Shown: positions 48,692 through 62,900 of the stretch, piece after piece
How positions within the stretch are numbered: the first letter of the stretch is position 1
Layout of the letters: each line of letters begins with the position of its first letter
Source of the DNA: Squalus acanthias
Lineage: Eukaryota
Direction of reading: 5' to 3'
NCBI GenBank assembly: GCA_030390025.1
Contig: JASTWF010000034.1
Location: forward strand, 3,038,001 to 3,102,000
Length of the DNA stretch: 64,000 bases
The notes under the pieces: model-generated
The model's database searches: none
Seen by the model: only the letters and a program-made list of their open reading frames with translations
Told to the model about the DNA's origin: nothing
Made by a program: the position numbers and the translations under genes

Positions 48692-51600
48692 TGTTGTTGG
48701 CTTTTCCCGGTGTGCTGAGCCACGAACTCATTTGTTTCCTGAATGTGTTCTATAATTGACCCTAACCATTTCTGGTTGGCCGCTCCCTGGAGAAGTGGGG
48801 TGATGGGTGGAGTGAGGAGGTGGGCAGGCCTTCTCATTAACGACCCCGTCATATCCTGGTAAACTGAAATACCTGTGGTGCTATGTGGGGTTGCTCTCAT
48901 GATCTTCAAGCACTTGGGTAACATGTTAACCCACTGTGTGGGGTTGTCCATACAAATCTTTTCCTGCATGGTTTTAAGGGTTCGATTTCCCCACTCCACT
49001 ACCCTGATGATTGTGGGTGGTGCACCACATGCAATTTGTGGGAGATTTTCATGGGTCTCTGGCGTTCTCAGAAGATTTTGCCGGTAAAGTGTGTCCCTTG
49101 GTTACTACCCACCTGGATTGGTATTCCCCACCTGCAGACCACCTCACACAATAGCAGTTTTGCTGCTGTGAGGGCTGTGTTCATTCTTCAGGGGAAAGCC
49201 TCAATCCATTTCATCAATTTGTCTATAGGACCAGACAGTATTTGTAGCCCGTGGGCGCCATGACAAGGGGGCCTATAAAGTCGATCTTAATGTGTGTCCA
49301 GGGTCCGTCCGGGGTGGCGGCCGTTGTAAGAGCGCCCGATTGGAATGAGTGCCCGGGTATGCTGGAGGCACGAATGGCACCTCTGTGCCCTGGATTCAAA
49401 GTCGCATTCACAGCCCGGGTACCAGGCCATGGCGGATAATTTCTCCAGAGTGGTCTTTGCAGAATAACTTCCCCCCACGGTGTGAGCATGCAGTAAATCG
49501 AATAATTTGTCGACCATAGCTGGGGGGACGCAGGTGACGGAGATGTACATGGGTGTCGATCACATCCTGGGGAAGGGAGGTGAGCGAGGCCCACGGGGTT
49601 GGGCCCAGTAAAGGCTAGCCCTGCTGGTGCCATGCGATAACGACCCAGTATGGGTCGTACATGGCTTGCAAGGAGGCTAGCTCGTTGGCCGGGCTTATAG
49701 CTGAACGGGTAGTGGTTCAGTTTCGTGTTTTTTCACCCACAAACATGCGTCTATGGCGGCCTGCTTTGCTGCCTTGTCTGCCAAGGAGTTACCCCTAGCT
49801 AGTGGTTCCATGGAGCGGGAATGTGACCTAACCCTGCCCATATAGACAGGTGCCATACGTCCCCACAACACCGCGTCCAGAACCCGAAAAAGGACCGCGT
49901 GTAGCAAGGGTTCACCGTCGGTCGTGCAAACGTTATTCCGGGCATACAGGGGTAAGGAGAGAAGGGTGTTGATAGCATAGGCACTGTCGGACCAAATGTT
50001 CATACTTTGAGAACTGGTAATCTGAATGGCATTGACGAGGACAGCCACCCCAGCGTATTGTGCCGAATGAAGGGTACATTTGTACTGAATGACCTCATTC
50101 GGCAGGATAATGGCGAACCCGGTGCACGGTTTACCGTCCTTGTGAAATGCTGATCCCTCGATAAAGGCATCCGGTGGCTCCTTAAGCAGCTCTGCCTGGA
50201 CCAAAGGGGTGTGGAAGTCTAGCGGAGGAAGGGGACATCCGTGCGGAGGTCCGCCGTAGAGGAGGCGCTGAGGCACTGAGGTAGTTGGTTTGGGAGTGAC
50301 CTCCAGGTCGCGCGGAGTCAGTTCCAATGTCCAATGGCTCAGCCTGGCTGATGACACCAACGTGTTCCGGGCCGGAGCAACAGGTTCAGAGGTGAGTGTG
50401 GACTGAGCAGTATCACCCGTTTGAACCACATGGAATCTGCAGTATCACCCGCTTGATCGCCATATTGTAGGTGAACTGTTTGACGGCCCAGAACGTGGCC
50501 AACAAGTGTCTTTCGCAAGCGGATAAATCAGTTCGGCGCCCCTTAAGATTCTGAAGACCGATGCAATAGTTAGCAGTCCGCCCTGGTTATCTTGGCATCG
50601 GGCGGCGGTGGGCTTTTCTCCGTGGCTCCGACCTCCATATGGAAGGGTTTGCTGGGATTGGGTGAAACCAGAGATGTGGCCTGAGCGACGGCTTGCTTCA
50701 ACGGCGCCACTGCGTCCGTCCAGCCCTCAGTCCAGCCGGGTTGGACATGATGGTCATCTCCTTTAAGTAGTTCATGAAGCGGTGCAGCAGTCTCTTCGAG
50801 CCGTGGAATGAAGATCCGCTGATATCCCATCAGCCCAAGGAAGGAACGCAGTGCGGTCTTTGAGGTGGGCAGTTATAGAAGCTGGATGGTTTCGACTTTG
50901 TGCTGGTCCGGGTTGATGCCGGATTCACCGATTCGGAAGCCTGAAAAGGTAACACAGTCCTGCCCCAATTGGGCCTTACGTGGGTGAACTTTTAGTCCGA
51001 CCCCCTTCAGTATTCGCAGTAGTTCTTGTAGGGGGTTTAGGTGCTGGGCACGGTCTGTGGCAGCAAGCAGGATATCATCAACATATTGAATCAAACAGGA
51101 AGGTAGTGGAAAGCTCTTCAGAACCCTGGCCATGAGTTTGTGAAAATAGTGGGGGCATTATCGAACCCCTGCGGCAAGCACGATTGTGGCTCGAATATAT
51201 GGTACGCTCTCGGCTGGATACGAGTATTGTTTTACAGGAGAATGTACCGGGCCGTTGATCTCCTCGGGCTCAGTCATGCTTCCGCTATCATGTTTATGGG
51301 TTGTAAATGCGCCGGGACAGACTCTCGGACCGCCTGTACCACCGGGTCATCAGAGGTGGCTGGCTCGTATTCCTCTGTCTTTTTTAATCGCGAATACAGA
51401 GTGCGCGCTTGATACCGGAGTAGGGGTCCGTTTTTATGGTTCCACCAGATACAATTGTTGTCATAATCAATCACCACTCGGTGCCTTTTTAGCACATCGC
51501 TACCCATCAGTCTCTGCCCATTGTGCATAGACATAGAGATGGGAGACAGGAGAGAGACCTGAACCCCGTCCACATCTTACACCAAAGGAAGGGCCCCCTG

Positions 51601-53616
51601 TATGGTCGTCTGTGTCGAATTGTCGAAGCCCGATAGGACTTGGGACACGCCCTTTGTAGGATCAGGGTGGGGGTCATGAATGATGGTGGCGGCGGGGCTG
51701 GACTGGACCAACATCAATTGTTGACGGCCTCCGGAGTCAACAGTGCAGGCTTCCGGTCTCCCACCACCATGGTATCGGAGAGGGAAAATCCCCTCCCCCT
51801 GAGGGGCCTGCGGGAGTCACAGGGGAGGTGGAAATGACACCGTTGACTCGGGTTGCTGATGTACCACAGCGACCGGTCAGGCTCCCTGGCCGATGTTCAA
51901 AGCCCCAAATGCTGCCTCCATCCTTTCTAGTCGTCTCTCGAGTGAGTCGGGGCCTGCCTGTCTCGGGCGGTTGTCACCGTTGTTGCATTGATCGGTATAG
52001 AGGCCTCGACGGTGTCCGTGATAGCAGCGACCGAAGCACTTTACCTGGAGTTCTAGCTGGCCCTGACTTTTGGTTAGGCAGAGGGCCCTCAACGGCCGCT
52101 ACTGCAGCCTTGGCAGGTGTCCTAGGGATATTGGCACGGGTCTGATCCCAAGCAGTCCTGGCAGGGGTGCGTACTTGTTCCCACCGGTGTCTTTGGAGAC
52201 GTAAACGCCCAGCGCGTTATGGACCAATGGTTGGAGGCCATTCAAAAAGTGTGTTTTCAGTCCCGGGTTACTGAAGTAATTCCCTCCACATATCCTGGTG
52301 CGCTGGGAAATGTCATGGAGTTTATGCTCAAAGGCAGTCGGGCTTTCGGTATGGCCCTGTTTGGTGTTAGCTAGGACCTGGTGAAAATCATTGCCCTCCT
52401 ACCTCAGTGTTTGGCCTAGTTCTAATTAAATCTCATATATTGTGCCCCCCTCAGTATGTCCAGCTCAATTTCTTGTTTTAATCCAGAGGAACATTCATCC
52501 AGGAGGACCTGTGTGAGGTCGTTCCATTCTAGTTCTGGGCAGGTGATTATAAAAATCCTCCAGCGCTGCCTGAGTTTGAGGGGGCTGCTGTCCATATTCC
52601 CCGCTGACAGGTTAGCCTTTAGTGACCCTACTTCATCCGCGGTAAGGGACCGAAGCGTGGTTGTGGTAGAGGTTTCTGCCTCGCTACTAGTGGTGTTCGA
52701 GGAGGCCGCCTCGCCATGCGAGTCTTGGCCAGCCTGGCGCTTGGGTACGCGTGCTGCATTAGCTCGCTGACCACACACACTGGTATCGTCTCCACCGCCT
52801 CACCTTCCTTGTATGGTAGGGGTGCAGCAAGGGAAAAGTGGTCGTAGGTTTCTCAAGTATGTTGTCCCAGCAGAGGCCGGGATCTTTTGGTTTGATTTTG
52901 GAGACAGCAGACACCACTGCCCGTTGTTGGCCGATTTGTGCCTGAAGCTGTTGGATTGTTACGAAGCCCGGGATGTGGTCTGCTTCGGGGGATGCTGTGG
53001 TTTGGCGCCGGTTTAATTCCCTTAACGCTCCCCTTGCATCCTCCAACTCCTCACACAATCTGGTGTTTTCTGCCTGGAGTACAATATTCTGTTCGAGTAT
53101 TTGATCTAGTTTCTTTTGTGTATACTGAATTTTGTCGTGAATCTTTTGCTCCCAGCGCAACTGGTTGCGGAGGGAAGAAAGGTTTGCTCACCATTCACTT
53201 CTTTCTTCGCGCATCTGGCTTACTAATCTTTTAACTCTTTAGTCTCCCTATTTAAAAGGGCAGCTCACAACTGTGCCCCGTGAGCTAACCTGTCTCGGCC
53301 TCTCTTTATTTTAAGTTTGTTTTTCTGAACATCCTCAGAGAGTTTATCAATGATGTAGTCATAGTCCCCGTTACCGTCTTCTGTGATTTTTAGGAGGTCC
53401 GCTGCTCCGGACGTGCCGACTTTTCCTGTCAGGCTGTCTACTTGCTGTTCTCGATGACATGCCAACGCCATTGTACCTCTGCTTTTACCTTTACCCCACT
53501 CTCCCCCTGTCCTTTCTTTCATGGTGTCTTCTACTTAGTCACAAGCGACGATCACGCGTGGCAGACCAAGTCCCTCTGGTCCCCACAACCGGAACCTTAC
53601 ATCTCCCAACTGTGTG

Positions 53617-53634
53617 ATCCCACTTCTGACACCA
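53617..53634 (-). other. Primer-binding site, tRNA-Leu(CAA) type
   Basis: Minus strand TGGTGTCAGAAGTGGGAT one base after the LTR CA end; complementary to the vertebrate tRNA-Leu(CAA) 3' end ATCCCACTTCTGACACCA. Confidence 0.88.
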
Positions 53635-53635
53635 C

Positions 53636-54435
53636 TGTAAGTTTTGGATCACAGGTCACACATAGATTACCCAGAGGATATTAGAAGTTGTAAGGCTTTA
53701 TATGAGAGACCTACAGTTTAAGCCTCAACAGATACTACATGTGATTGAAATAGATACAGTGGATTACACCCCGTGACTGATGAGGGTGAGCTACGACCCC
53801 GGCGTGGAACGAAACGACCAGACAGAGGGACTGTGAGGCAGTACGTTGTTCCCGGATTGGGTGGAGTCATGCAGTCTGCGGCAGCGGTCACATCCGTTGG
53901 GTCGTCCCGTGAGCTGTTGGAGGTGTTAGGCCGTCAGCCAGCATTGATCAAACTCAGAGGCTAAACTTGACCAAGATGTTAGGCCGTAGCCTTCATGCAT
54001 CCAACTCGGAGAATCCTTCACCCTTAACTGCCTGTTTTCCTCTCTCGGTCGCCCGTTTTTATATCTTATTTCGATGGGCTGGTGTATACCTGGTATCAAT
54101 CATTTTCACCCATCCCAATTACAAGGGAAGGGAACCTCTGACAGGCCCCTTCCCATCATGCTGAGGTCAGATATGTCTCTATCTCTGTTCTAAATGCATT
54201 TTGTTTCTAAAGACATCTTGCTTATCCTATCAGCTCCATGCCGTCCTCTGTCTCAGATTAGGTATGTCTGCTGGGAGGCCTGTCCTTGTGATGATCTGAG
54301 CCCTCTGTGCTTAGCTAATATGATTGGAATTCTCTCTAGGTCATCAGCCAGCCCGAATCTGCTAAGTTGACAAACCAGCTTTTTACAGAATCGTTATTCC
54401 TTTTAAAATTTGCAATTTCTTTAAGATTTCTTACA
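53636..54435 (-). repeat. 5' LTR of R1 (800 bp)
   Basis: Perfect 6-bp inverted ends TGTAAG...CTTACA; adjacent PBS. Confidence 0.85.
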
Positions 54436-55374
54436 CTGTCCAACAATCATATTATCTTCTAAAAAAAGGATAAATGTTCCCACTTGGTCCAAGTTATTAA
54501 CACATTTTATTTGTTTATTTTACTCACTGAATCTCTTGTTGAACCCTTTATTTCCCAATATAATGCTATGTCATGCCCAAGTCCATTTTATCATTTCAAA
54601 ATTATACCCAATCGAACGAGCAGCGCTTTTGGACTGCCAAGACTTGTTAATGCTCATTTTTTTTGCCGCCAACACTTTCTTTGTTGATACACAGCATTTG
54701 ACAAGAACCACCTAGACTGACTTCCTCTCGTTTCTTGCAATGAAAATTTGCTTATCCCTTAAACATCAGGTAAATTTTCCCCTCAGGAGCGCATGAAACA
54801 GCTACTGATATCAATTTGTCTTGTCACTTCAAATTTCAGAAACAAATGATGCCCAGGCTTGGTGGTTTTAAAATAGAGACAGAAGTTTTTGGAATTATTT
54901 TCGTGTTATTCCCATATATCTCCCCCCACTCGAGCACTTTGACTGGGATGATAATAAATGATCTTGACTTGGTTCAAGGCAAGGCTTTCAAAAGCAAAGC
55001 CTTTAGTCCAACATTTCACCAGTCTGTGACATGTGATGTCTGGCAATTTCTGCAGATAAGGTCTTACATTATTGAGGCTACTTGATCTCTTCCTGCAACA
55101 TCATTTGATTTATAAGATCACGGTTCCCCTGTATAAAAGAAAATAAAATCATAGATTATATTGTGCCTCGGCTTGAGAGCCCAAGGTGTTAATTTGTGAA
55201 TTCATGATTTTCTTCTGTCACTATGGGGAAATATCCACTCAAAATAAAATAAACTTCAAATGTAATAATACCCAGTATATAATTGTACTTTCTGTAATAC
55301 AAAAGTTGTTGCGCGATGTATGGAAAACAGCTGTCAGTGGAAACTGTTAACTTCTTTATATGTTTAAGATTCAA

Positions 55375-55848
55375 AAATTGGCCGTGTTGTTGATAGTGAG
55401 GAAGAAAGCTGTAGACATCAGGAAGGTACCAATGGACTGGTCAGGCGGGCAGCAAAGTGGCAAATTGTTTCAATCCTGAGAAGCTTAAGGTAATGCATTT
55501 GGGGAAGGGTAACAAGGCAAGGGTATACACAATAAATGTTAGGTTAATGAGAAGTGTAGAGGAACAAAGCGATCTTGGAGTGCATGTCCAGAGATCCCTG
55601 AAAGTAGAGGACATGTAGATAAGGTGGTTAAGAAATCATACTGGATACTTTCCTTTATTAGCCGAGGCATGGAATAAAAAAGCAGGGCGTTTGTGGGTGA
55701 ACTGTATAAAACACTAGTTAGGCCACAGCTAGAGTACTGCGTACAGTTCTTGTCATCACATTACAGGAAATATGTGATTGCACTGGAGAGGTTATGGAGG
55801 AGATTTAGATGGACTCCTTCTTTGCCGTAATTTTCTATGATTCTATGA
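55375..55848 (+). mobile_element. Degraded CR1 3' fragment
   Basis: RT C-terminal motifs (LVRPQLEYCVQF) and TTCTATGATTCTATGA tail. Confidence 0.8.
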
Positions 55849-56539
55849 CGGTTAGGCGCCCCTGCACGTGTATTTTTAAATACAAAAAATAACCAAAGTT
55901 CATTTTACTTTTTTTAAAGTCTTTCGAACCTGAAAACCTCCTGAGGAATTAACTCTTCGGTTAGTTAATACCATCCAATTAAAAGATGTCTCCAGATTTC
56001 TACCACAGAGATAGAAGTTTCCACTTCAAATCATTAAACATCTGAGAAAACTTCAACTGCCATTTGTTACATTTGATGATCTCCTGTCCGGAGTTAGCGA
56101 TCGCCACATAGGCCACAATGATGCTCGGGTTCACACCATTTAATCAGTTAGTTAACTTCATAATTGCAACTTCTTTCAGTGCAATATTTTTGGAACTATA
56201 AAATACTGAATACAACTGAAGTAAAAAATAGTCTTAACAAATTAAATCTTTGTAACATTTTTACACATTGAGAAAGAAGGCAAAGCCACGGCACTGGCAC
56301 CAAAACATTCAGACAGGCTGTTTAAAGAGTCAGTCCGTCCGCTGAAAACAAAGGAACTCCTGCAGTTTGTGAGACTAGAAAGGAACAGAATCTGTCCGCT
56401 TCTCCTTCTTCATTCCATCATATTTACTGCCTTTTCTCCCAAACCAATTTACAATTCCTGATGAGTGTTACTTAGCCCAATTTGGAATAACAGTCAATTA
56501 TAACTAAGCTGTTCTGTTTACCCTTCTGAGTCCTTTCAA

Positions 56540-57225
56540 ATGGGCCAAATCAATCAATTTGCTAATTTCTTCACGGACCATGGCTCCAGGGACATGGCTA
56601 GAGGGCGTTTCAACTCCAGGTTCATATTGGGCACAGGTGAGGCAATCATTAATAATATCATTCATGGGCTGATCAATACTGGGTCACCGCACCTGCTGCA
56701 AATGCCTTTGGACCAGGCTTTCACCCTCCTGGTGCCCAGCAGGGGTGTGGCCCACCGGACACCTCGTTAGAAGTGACTGTAGGACCACCCATTTATCCGG
56801 ATCAAAACACACGGCATCCTGTACTGTAAATTGTCCTTTCTTTGAAGGCATCTTTGGGCCACGAGGCTTCACATTTGATGGACGACTGAACTGATTTAAT
56901 TCAAGAGTCCTCACCCTGCAACCCTGAATGAGAGAAAGGGGATGTTTCACTTCAAACTTTATTCATCTGGCCTGCAACACTCTTTGTGGTTCCCACACCT
57001 CCACGGTAAGCTAATCTCAAACGTTTTGGCTGGCTGCCGTGCATTGTCATTCTCACTGCCCATCAGGACCATGTTGGAATGGGCTCAGATTTTTACCACC
57101 CCTAGAGGCTGTTGCATCCTATCAGCATCTGTCAGAATCCACTGGACCTTCCCTGCCGAAGGTAACGACTTGCCGTCCACAGAAATAAATCCCCTTTTAT
57201 TCCAAATTACTTCTTGCTTGTCAGA
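56540..57225 (-). pseudogene. Ancient retrovirus-like pol remnant R3 (RNase H C-terminus + integrase HHCC)
   Basis: Manual translation: WNKRGFISVDGKSL...VVKI*AHS; then HTPAGHQ...QVR*PSIDQPMNDIINDCLTCAQYEP. Confidence 0.72.
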
Positions 57226-58589
57226 AGCTTAGTGGGTGTGGGAGGATGCAATCTCAAAGGCAGGTCTCGGACTTGCAGTAACAGAATTAAGAAAATAGTG
57301 CTTTTCAAAAGTTTCAATTCATTTCAAACAAGAACAGGCGTTTTTAATTTAATCTGCATGAAGCAATAGCAGTTTTTTAGCTGTAATCCCATTAGTACAA
57401 AGTGCTTTGAAGAAGTTCAAATTGATTTACTACCAGACACCATCCTATGATTGTAAATTGTCATCTTCAAAGCTGTATCGTATCTTTCTTATTGTAAATC
57501 AAACTTGTTGGTGCTTTTCAGTTACACAAGTAAACTTCAGCCAAAATAAATCCACACCAGCATCTTTAATTTAAAACCTGAATCACAAAAGTTTAAAATA
57601 TTGATCTCTGTAAAGGGTTATGAGCCCAGAAAGTGACTAAACTTAACCTGATATTCCCAGCTCGGGAGTCCATGAATTATTCCCACAGTTTAAATCTGTT
57701 CAAAACCAAGTAGCACTCAAAGTATCTCAAACATAATCCACATGTCTACACATACAAAGAGAAAATATTAACACACTTAAAGCAGCACATGCTTCTAGAA
57801 AGAGAAACGGGAAACAAACATCACACAGATACAATTTAATAGCGATTTACAAACAAAAGAAATGAAGTAGAAACATTCTCAGCATTCTTAATGTGAAGCC
57901 CTCGGCTCTTTTACACTGTCACACACATTTCCCTACACACTGAAACCACAAACAACAGCCTTTGCCTGCTGCGACAAGACTGATGTTAACCTGTTTCCAA
58001 AATTTTATCTTCCTTCTCAGCACCATCTCTGGCCCTTCTTCTAACAGATACACCCACTCATCAGCACCTGCTTCAAAGGAGTTTGACTGAAGGTCCTCTA
58101 CCTGGAACCAGTCCTCTCTCCATGGTAACTTCACCGCTATGTATTCTTGGATTGCTACTTCCATATTCCACCCGTGATACGCTCCACGCCTCTGTCCAGA
58201 AAACCCTCTTCCTTCTGGGACGTGAACACCATATTCACTGGAATCTACACACTGGTGACAACCTTTCTTTGTTTGACTATGTCAGGTCCCTGTTCGGCCG
58301 CCACTTATTCTGTCGGGATACAGATGTTCCATTGATTCGTGAACCTGGACAGTAGCCAGCCAGAGAAAGTCACTCTACTCTGTATATTAATTAATCAAAG
58401 TTACCTTTAGTGATTTAAACATTGCACACAGCATTAAAACAGTTTACACAAGCATCGAGACTGCAGCAAGCAATGCAAACGACTTTTAAACCAAGGATCT
58501 CAGCATCAAGGCAGAAGAGTGGTCTGCTCTCTCTCAGCCCTACAAGTTTCTTCTTTTTGTTCCTAGACGTTGTAAGAATAAAAATATAT

Positions 58590-59946
58590 AGAAACATAGA
58601 AGATTGAAGCAGGAGTTGGCCATTCGGCCCCTCGAGCCTGCTCCGCCATTTAATGAGATCATGGCTGATCATTTAAATGCAGAACCCTGTCCCTGCCTTC
58701 TCCCCACATCCCTTGATCACTTTAGCCTTAAGAAATATATCTAACTCCTTCTTGAATATGATATAATGAGTTGGCCTCAACTGCATTCTGTGGTAGAGAA
58801 TTCCACAGGTTCACCAATCTCTGGGTGAAGAAATTCCTCCTCATCTCAGTCCTAAATGGCTTAACCCTTATCCTTAGACCGTGACCCCTGGTTCTGGATT
58901 CCCCCTCCAACGGGAACAACCTACCTACATCTAGTCTGTCTCGTCCTGTTAGAATTTTATAAGTTTCAATGAAATCCCCTCTCAATCTTTCTAAACTCTA
59001 GCGAATACAAGCTCAATCGTCCCAATCTCTCTTCATACGTTATTCCTGCCATCCCAGATGTCAGTCTGGTGAATCTTCGCTGCACTCCCTCCATGGCAAG
59101 AACATTCTTCCTCAAATAAGGCGACTAAAACTGCACATTGGTTAGCCATTTCTTTCTTCCCCATTATAAATACCCGTTATTCTGACTGCAAGGGACCTAC
59201 GCTTCACTTCACCAATCTTTTTCTCTTCACTTATCTATAGAAGCTTTTACAGTCAGTTTTTATGTTCCCAGCAAGCCTACTCTATTTCCCCCCTCTTAAT
59301 TAATCCCTTTGTCCTCCTTTGCTGAAATCTAAACTGCTCCCAATCCTCAGGTTTGCTGCTTTTTCTGGCCACTTTATATGTCATCTCCTTGGATCTTATG
59401 CTATCCCTAATTTCCCTCGTTAGCCACGGTTGAGTGAGCTTTTTTGTTTTATTTTTATGCCAAACAGGGATGAACAAATGCTGTAGTTCATCCATGCGAT
59501 CTTTAAATGTTTGCCATTGTCTATCCACTGTCAACCCTTTAAGTAACGTTCGCCAATCCATCCTAGCCAATTCACGCCTCATACCATCGTAGTTTCCTTT
59601 ATTTAAATCCAGGACCCAAGTCTCTGAGTCAACTACTTCACTCTCCATCTTAATGAAGAATTCTATCATATTATGATCGCTCCTCCCCAAGGGGCCTCGC
59701 ACAACAAGATTGCTAGTTAATCCTTTCTCATTACATAATACCCAGTCTAAGATGGCCTGATCTCGAGTTGGTTCTTCGACATATTGGATCAGGAAACCAT
59801 CCGTATACACTCTAGGAATTCCTCCTCCACAGTATTGTTACTAATTTGGTTAGCCCAATCTAAATGTAGATTAAAAGTCACCCATGATAACTGCTGTGCC
59901 CTTATTGCACGCGTCTCTAATTTCCCATTTACTGCCATCCCCAAAC
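58590..59946 (-). mobile_element. CR1/HER1-type LINE with large internal deletion
   Basis: Same family as 25115-28365; endonuclease end (59277-59810) joined at ~59137 directly to RT C-terminus and 3' tail. Confidence 0.9.
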
Positions 59947-59949
59947 TCA

Positions 59950-62900
59950 GCATATGTTTTGTATGTGCGATGGACTTAAGACTATTAATATAAGATGTGT
60001 GTAATAAAGAAGAACTTGATGTGTACGGCCTCCCTGCTCAAGGCAACGGCGTGAAACTTAACAATTGAAACCTGCATAACAGTATAACCCCCCACAGAGA
60101 CAGAATCGCAAACCCATCGAAACTCAAGAGCCATTAAAAGGTGTTAACAAACAATTAACTTAATCAAGAAATGGCACCAGCCACTGCAGACAGACACATG
60201 TTCAAAGGAAAGGCAATCAAGAACTGCCATAAAACTGAGACCCAATCCTTCGGTCTTAGCAATTTAGACTGGAGATAGTGGACTTTAAGATATAAAATAA
60301 GGAACCGAAAGGCTCTAACTCTCTCTCTGGAGGACCACTCGGAAAAACAGGAAGCCCTCCCTCTACAGACCTGACCAAGAAGCAAGGAAAAAGGCCGCGT
60401 GCATTGCTTGACTCAGAGAAGTAAAAGTCTGTTTAAATTGAACCCATTGCCTTACCTGTTGTAATCGAGTAGAGTCCATCGGACACCAGTAGGCTATTGT
60501 TTTGATGTGCATGAGTGTGTGTGTTTAATAAACGTATTCCAAGTTGTATCAAATGAATTGGTCTTGCTGTCAATAAAAAGCTTACAAAACTGTTGGTTCG
60601 TCCAGGATCTGGCGAGACAGCTTTCGCTCATTCTTTTAAACAATTGGAAATTGCGGGAGTTGTGATTCAAACCTGTGGTACGAAGTTTAGAAATAAATTC
60701 AAAAGACGCAGGATGAAGGGTCGGGGGGCATACAAAAAGACAACAAAATACGTAGCTGTAGCCTTCCATGAGAACATATACGAAAAGGTATCCATAAGAG
60801 ACTTACAAGAGTTACGGGCACGATGCAACTGTAAGGGCCAACATGCGTCCTTTGGGAAGCTCGTGTCATTTATCCAGGAGAGGGTAGGTGAGGGAAAACT
60901 AAGGCCCAAACAGACAAACTGTCTCTTGGCATTCGGGGCACATTACTGTGCTCGGAGAGATGAGGAATTAATGAGGCAGGAAGCAAAAGAGATTCGAGAT
61001 TTAAAGGGAGAGATACAAGATTTAAAAGAACTAAAATTCAAAGAGATTCAACTAAAAGAAAAGGAGATTCAGAATATTAAAGAACAGAAAGAAGAAGGCA
61101 TCCAGCTTGTTAGACAGTTAAAGGAGTTTGAAATCCAGCATTTGAGACAAGAAATCGATCGATGAGGCCACAGTATCAGGCAACTAGAAAGAGGAGCCGA
61201 GCAGGCAGCTTCGTTGCTACAGCAACAAAACTTTTCACATTTAAATGCAGGAGCAGCTGTCGCGGCAGCAAATGAAATCAAATTAAAATCAAGAAATATA
61301 AATTGGAAAACCTGGGGCTCCGGCAGGAAGTAGAAGACGTTAGGGGGCATTAAGGGAAGCAATTAAGAAGCTACATAGGGAGGCAGATCACTCCCGGTGC
61401 CGCCTAGAAATAGCGCAGCTGAAGAGTAAATTAGGGCAGCAACAGGCTCTAGTATCCGCAGTAACACGGGGAGGCATAACAGAGACAACAGAAAGGGACG
61501 AGGGGAAGACAGATTTGGAAGAGGAAGGCAGTCAGTGTAATCCCCAGGAGGGCGGCGAAGGATGGGATACCTTGGAGACACAAGGGCCAACCATAGCAGT
61601 AGTGTTCACCTCTTTATGGCGTAATGTGCATGATCACATAACTAGTACCCATACCGACTCACGGCCCATATCTGGTGCTGACACCACGGCGTGTAGCCAC
61701 GAGTTGGGACCTGGTAGTTAATAGGAGGTGGGCAGATTTCAGGAGGGGTCACCCCGAGTTAGAAGAAGGAGACTTAACACGAATCCTCCTCTTGGCCTGT
61801 TCCACTTTTTAAAGAATAATCTGCCAGACGCGATCCTCCAGTGTGACCGATGCAGTCGTGACCGAGATCCTAAACCATTTCGGGATCCAAAACTTAAACT
61901 TAGTGGATTTGCTTATTCAGACCAAACAGCGCCCAGATGAGACCCCGAGAGCCTTCAGTAATCGCCTGTACGATATCTATGAACGGACCCAGAACCAGGC
62001 ACCCGCAAATGCTGCAGCAGGAAAGAATCAGGAACCATTCAAAAAGATGTTCCTGACCCAGCTCCACTCTTTAGTTAAAACCACACTGGGCATAGCCCTG
62101 AGGCCCGCCGATCAGTAGACAGATATAGAGATTAACGTTCAAAGATCCTGGGAGAAGTTAACAGCCCAGTTAAAGGTGAAGTAAACACCCACGGCAAAGA
62201 ACCAGTGTCAGCGGTGGAGGGATCTAGGTACTACCCCTTTAGAGGACAGTGGTTTAATTGTGAGAAGGAAGGTCACCTCGCAAAACACTGCAGGACACCC
62301 AGACAGGCACCGGACCACGATGCAACGCATAGATAGATCCCGAAGGATGAACCTGAACCCTCTGGGGTGGTACAAAAATTGGCTCAGTTAGTTAGCCTTT
62401 TAAAAAAGGATGAATTCAAGTCCTCTGGGACGGATCAATGATTGGACCAGTTGATAACCTTCATGAAAGCCCAAATTGTCACGGGGTGTGGGGGGGGGGG
62501 GGTGCAAAATCATTTACCGGTGCACGCAATCGCCAATGCACACCCATTGGGAATGCAAATTCCTATTGTCAATGCACACCCATTGGGGGGACCGCTCCAA
62601 GGATCCACCCTATGACAGGGTTTGGCCCCCAAAGATTGGTCGCAAGTGGGGTTCCGATATGATGGTAGCGGGAGACCAGTAGTCCTTGTTGTCTTAAAAG
62701 GGGACCGGCAGCAGATTATGATTATAGACACTGGCTCAGCCGTTACCATCATCCACACCCTATACCCTGAACGCCATCCAGCTGCGGGCAAGGGCTGTAG
62801 GCCCTTAAAGGGTTTATTGGTGATACAACCACCGCGTATACAGGGAAGGCCTCTGAACTTCAGTTGGGAGGCCTCACCTGTAAGGTCCCAGCGACGATGC

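Larger units (their letters stand above)
48692..54435 (-). mobile_element. Endogenous retrovirus-like element R1: 5' LTR-PBS-gag-pro-RT-tether-RNaseH-IN, 3' truncated, pseudogenised
   Basis: gag from ATG 53522; RT CLPQGF / IQYVDDILLA with internal deletion at ~51185; RNase H SAQYA, WSDSAY, VRSHS, GNSLADKAAK; IN HAHTVGGS..CHSC, GPWTHIKIDFIGP, NRTLK, RATPHSTTG. Confidence 0.92.

Noticed and set aside
57900..58360. GC-richer block with short ORFs on both strands
   Set aside because: No recognisable motif or convincing splice pair; needs blastx to decide.
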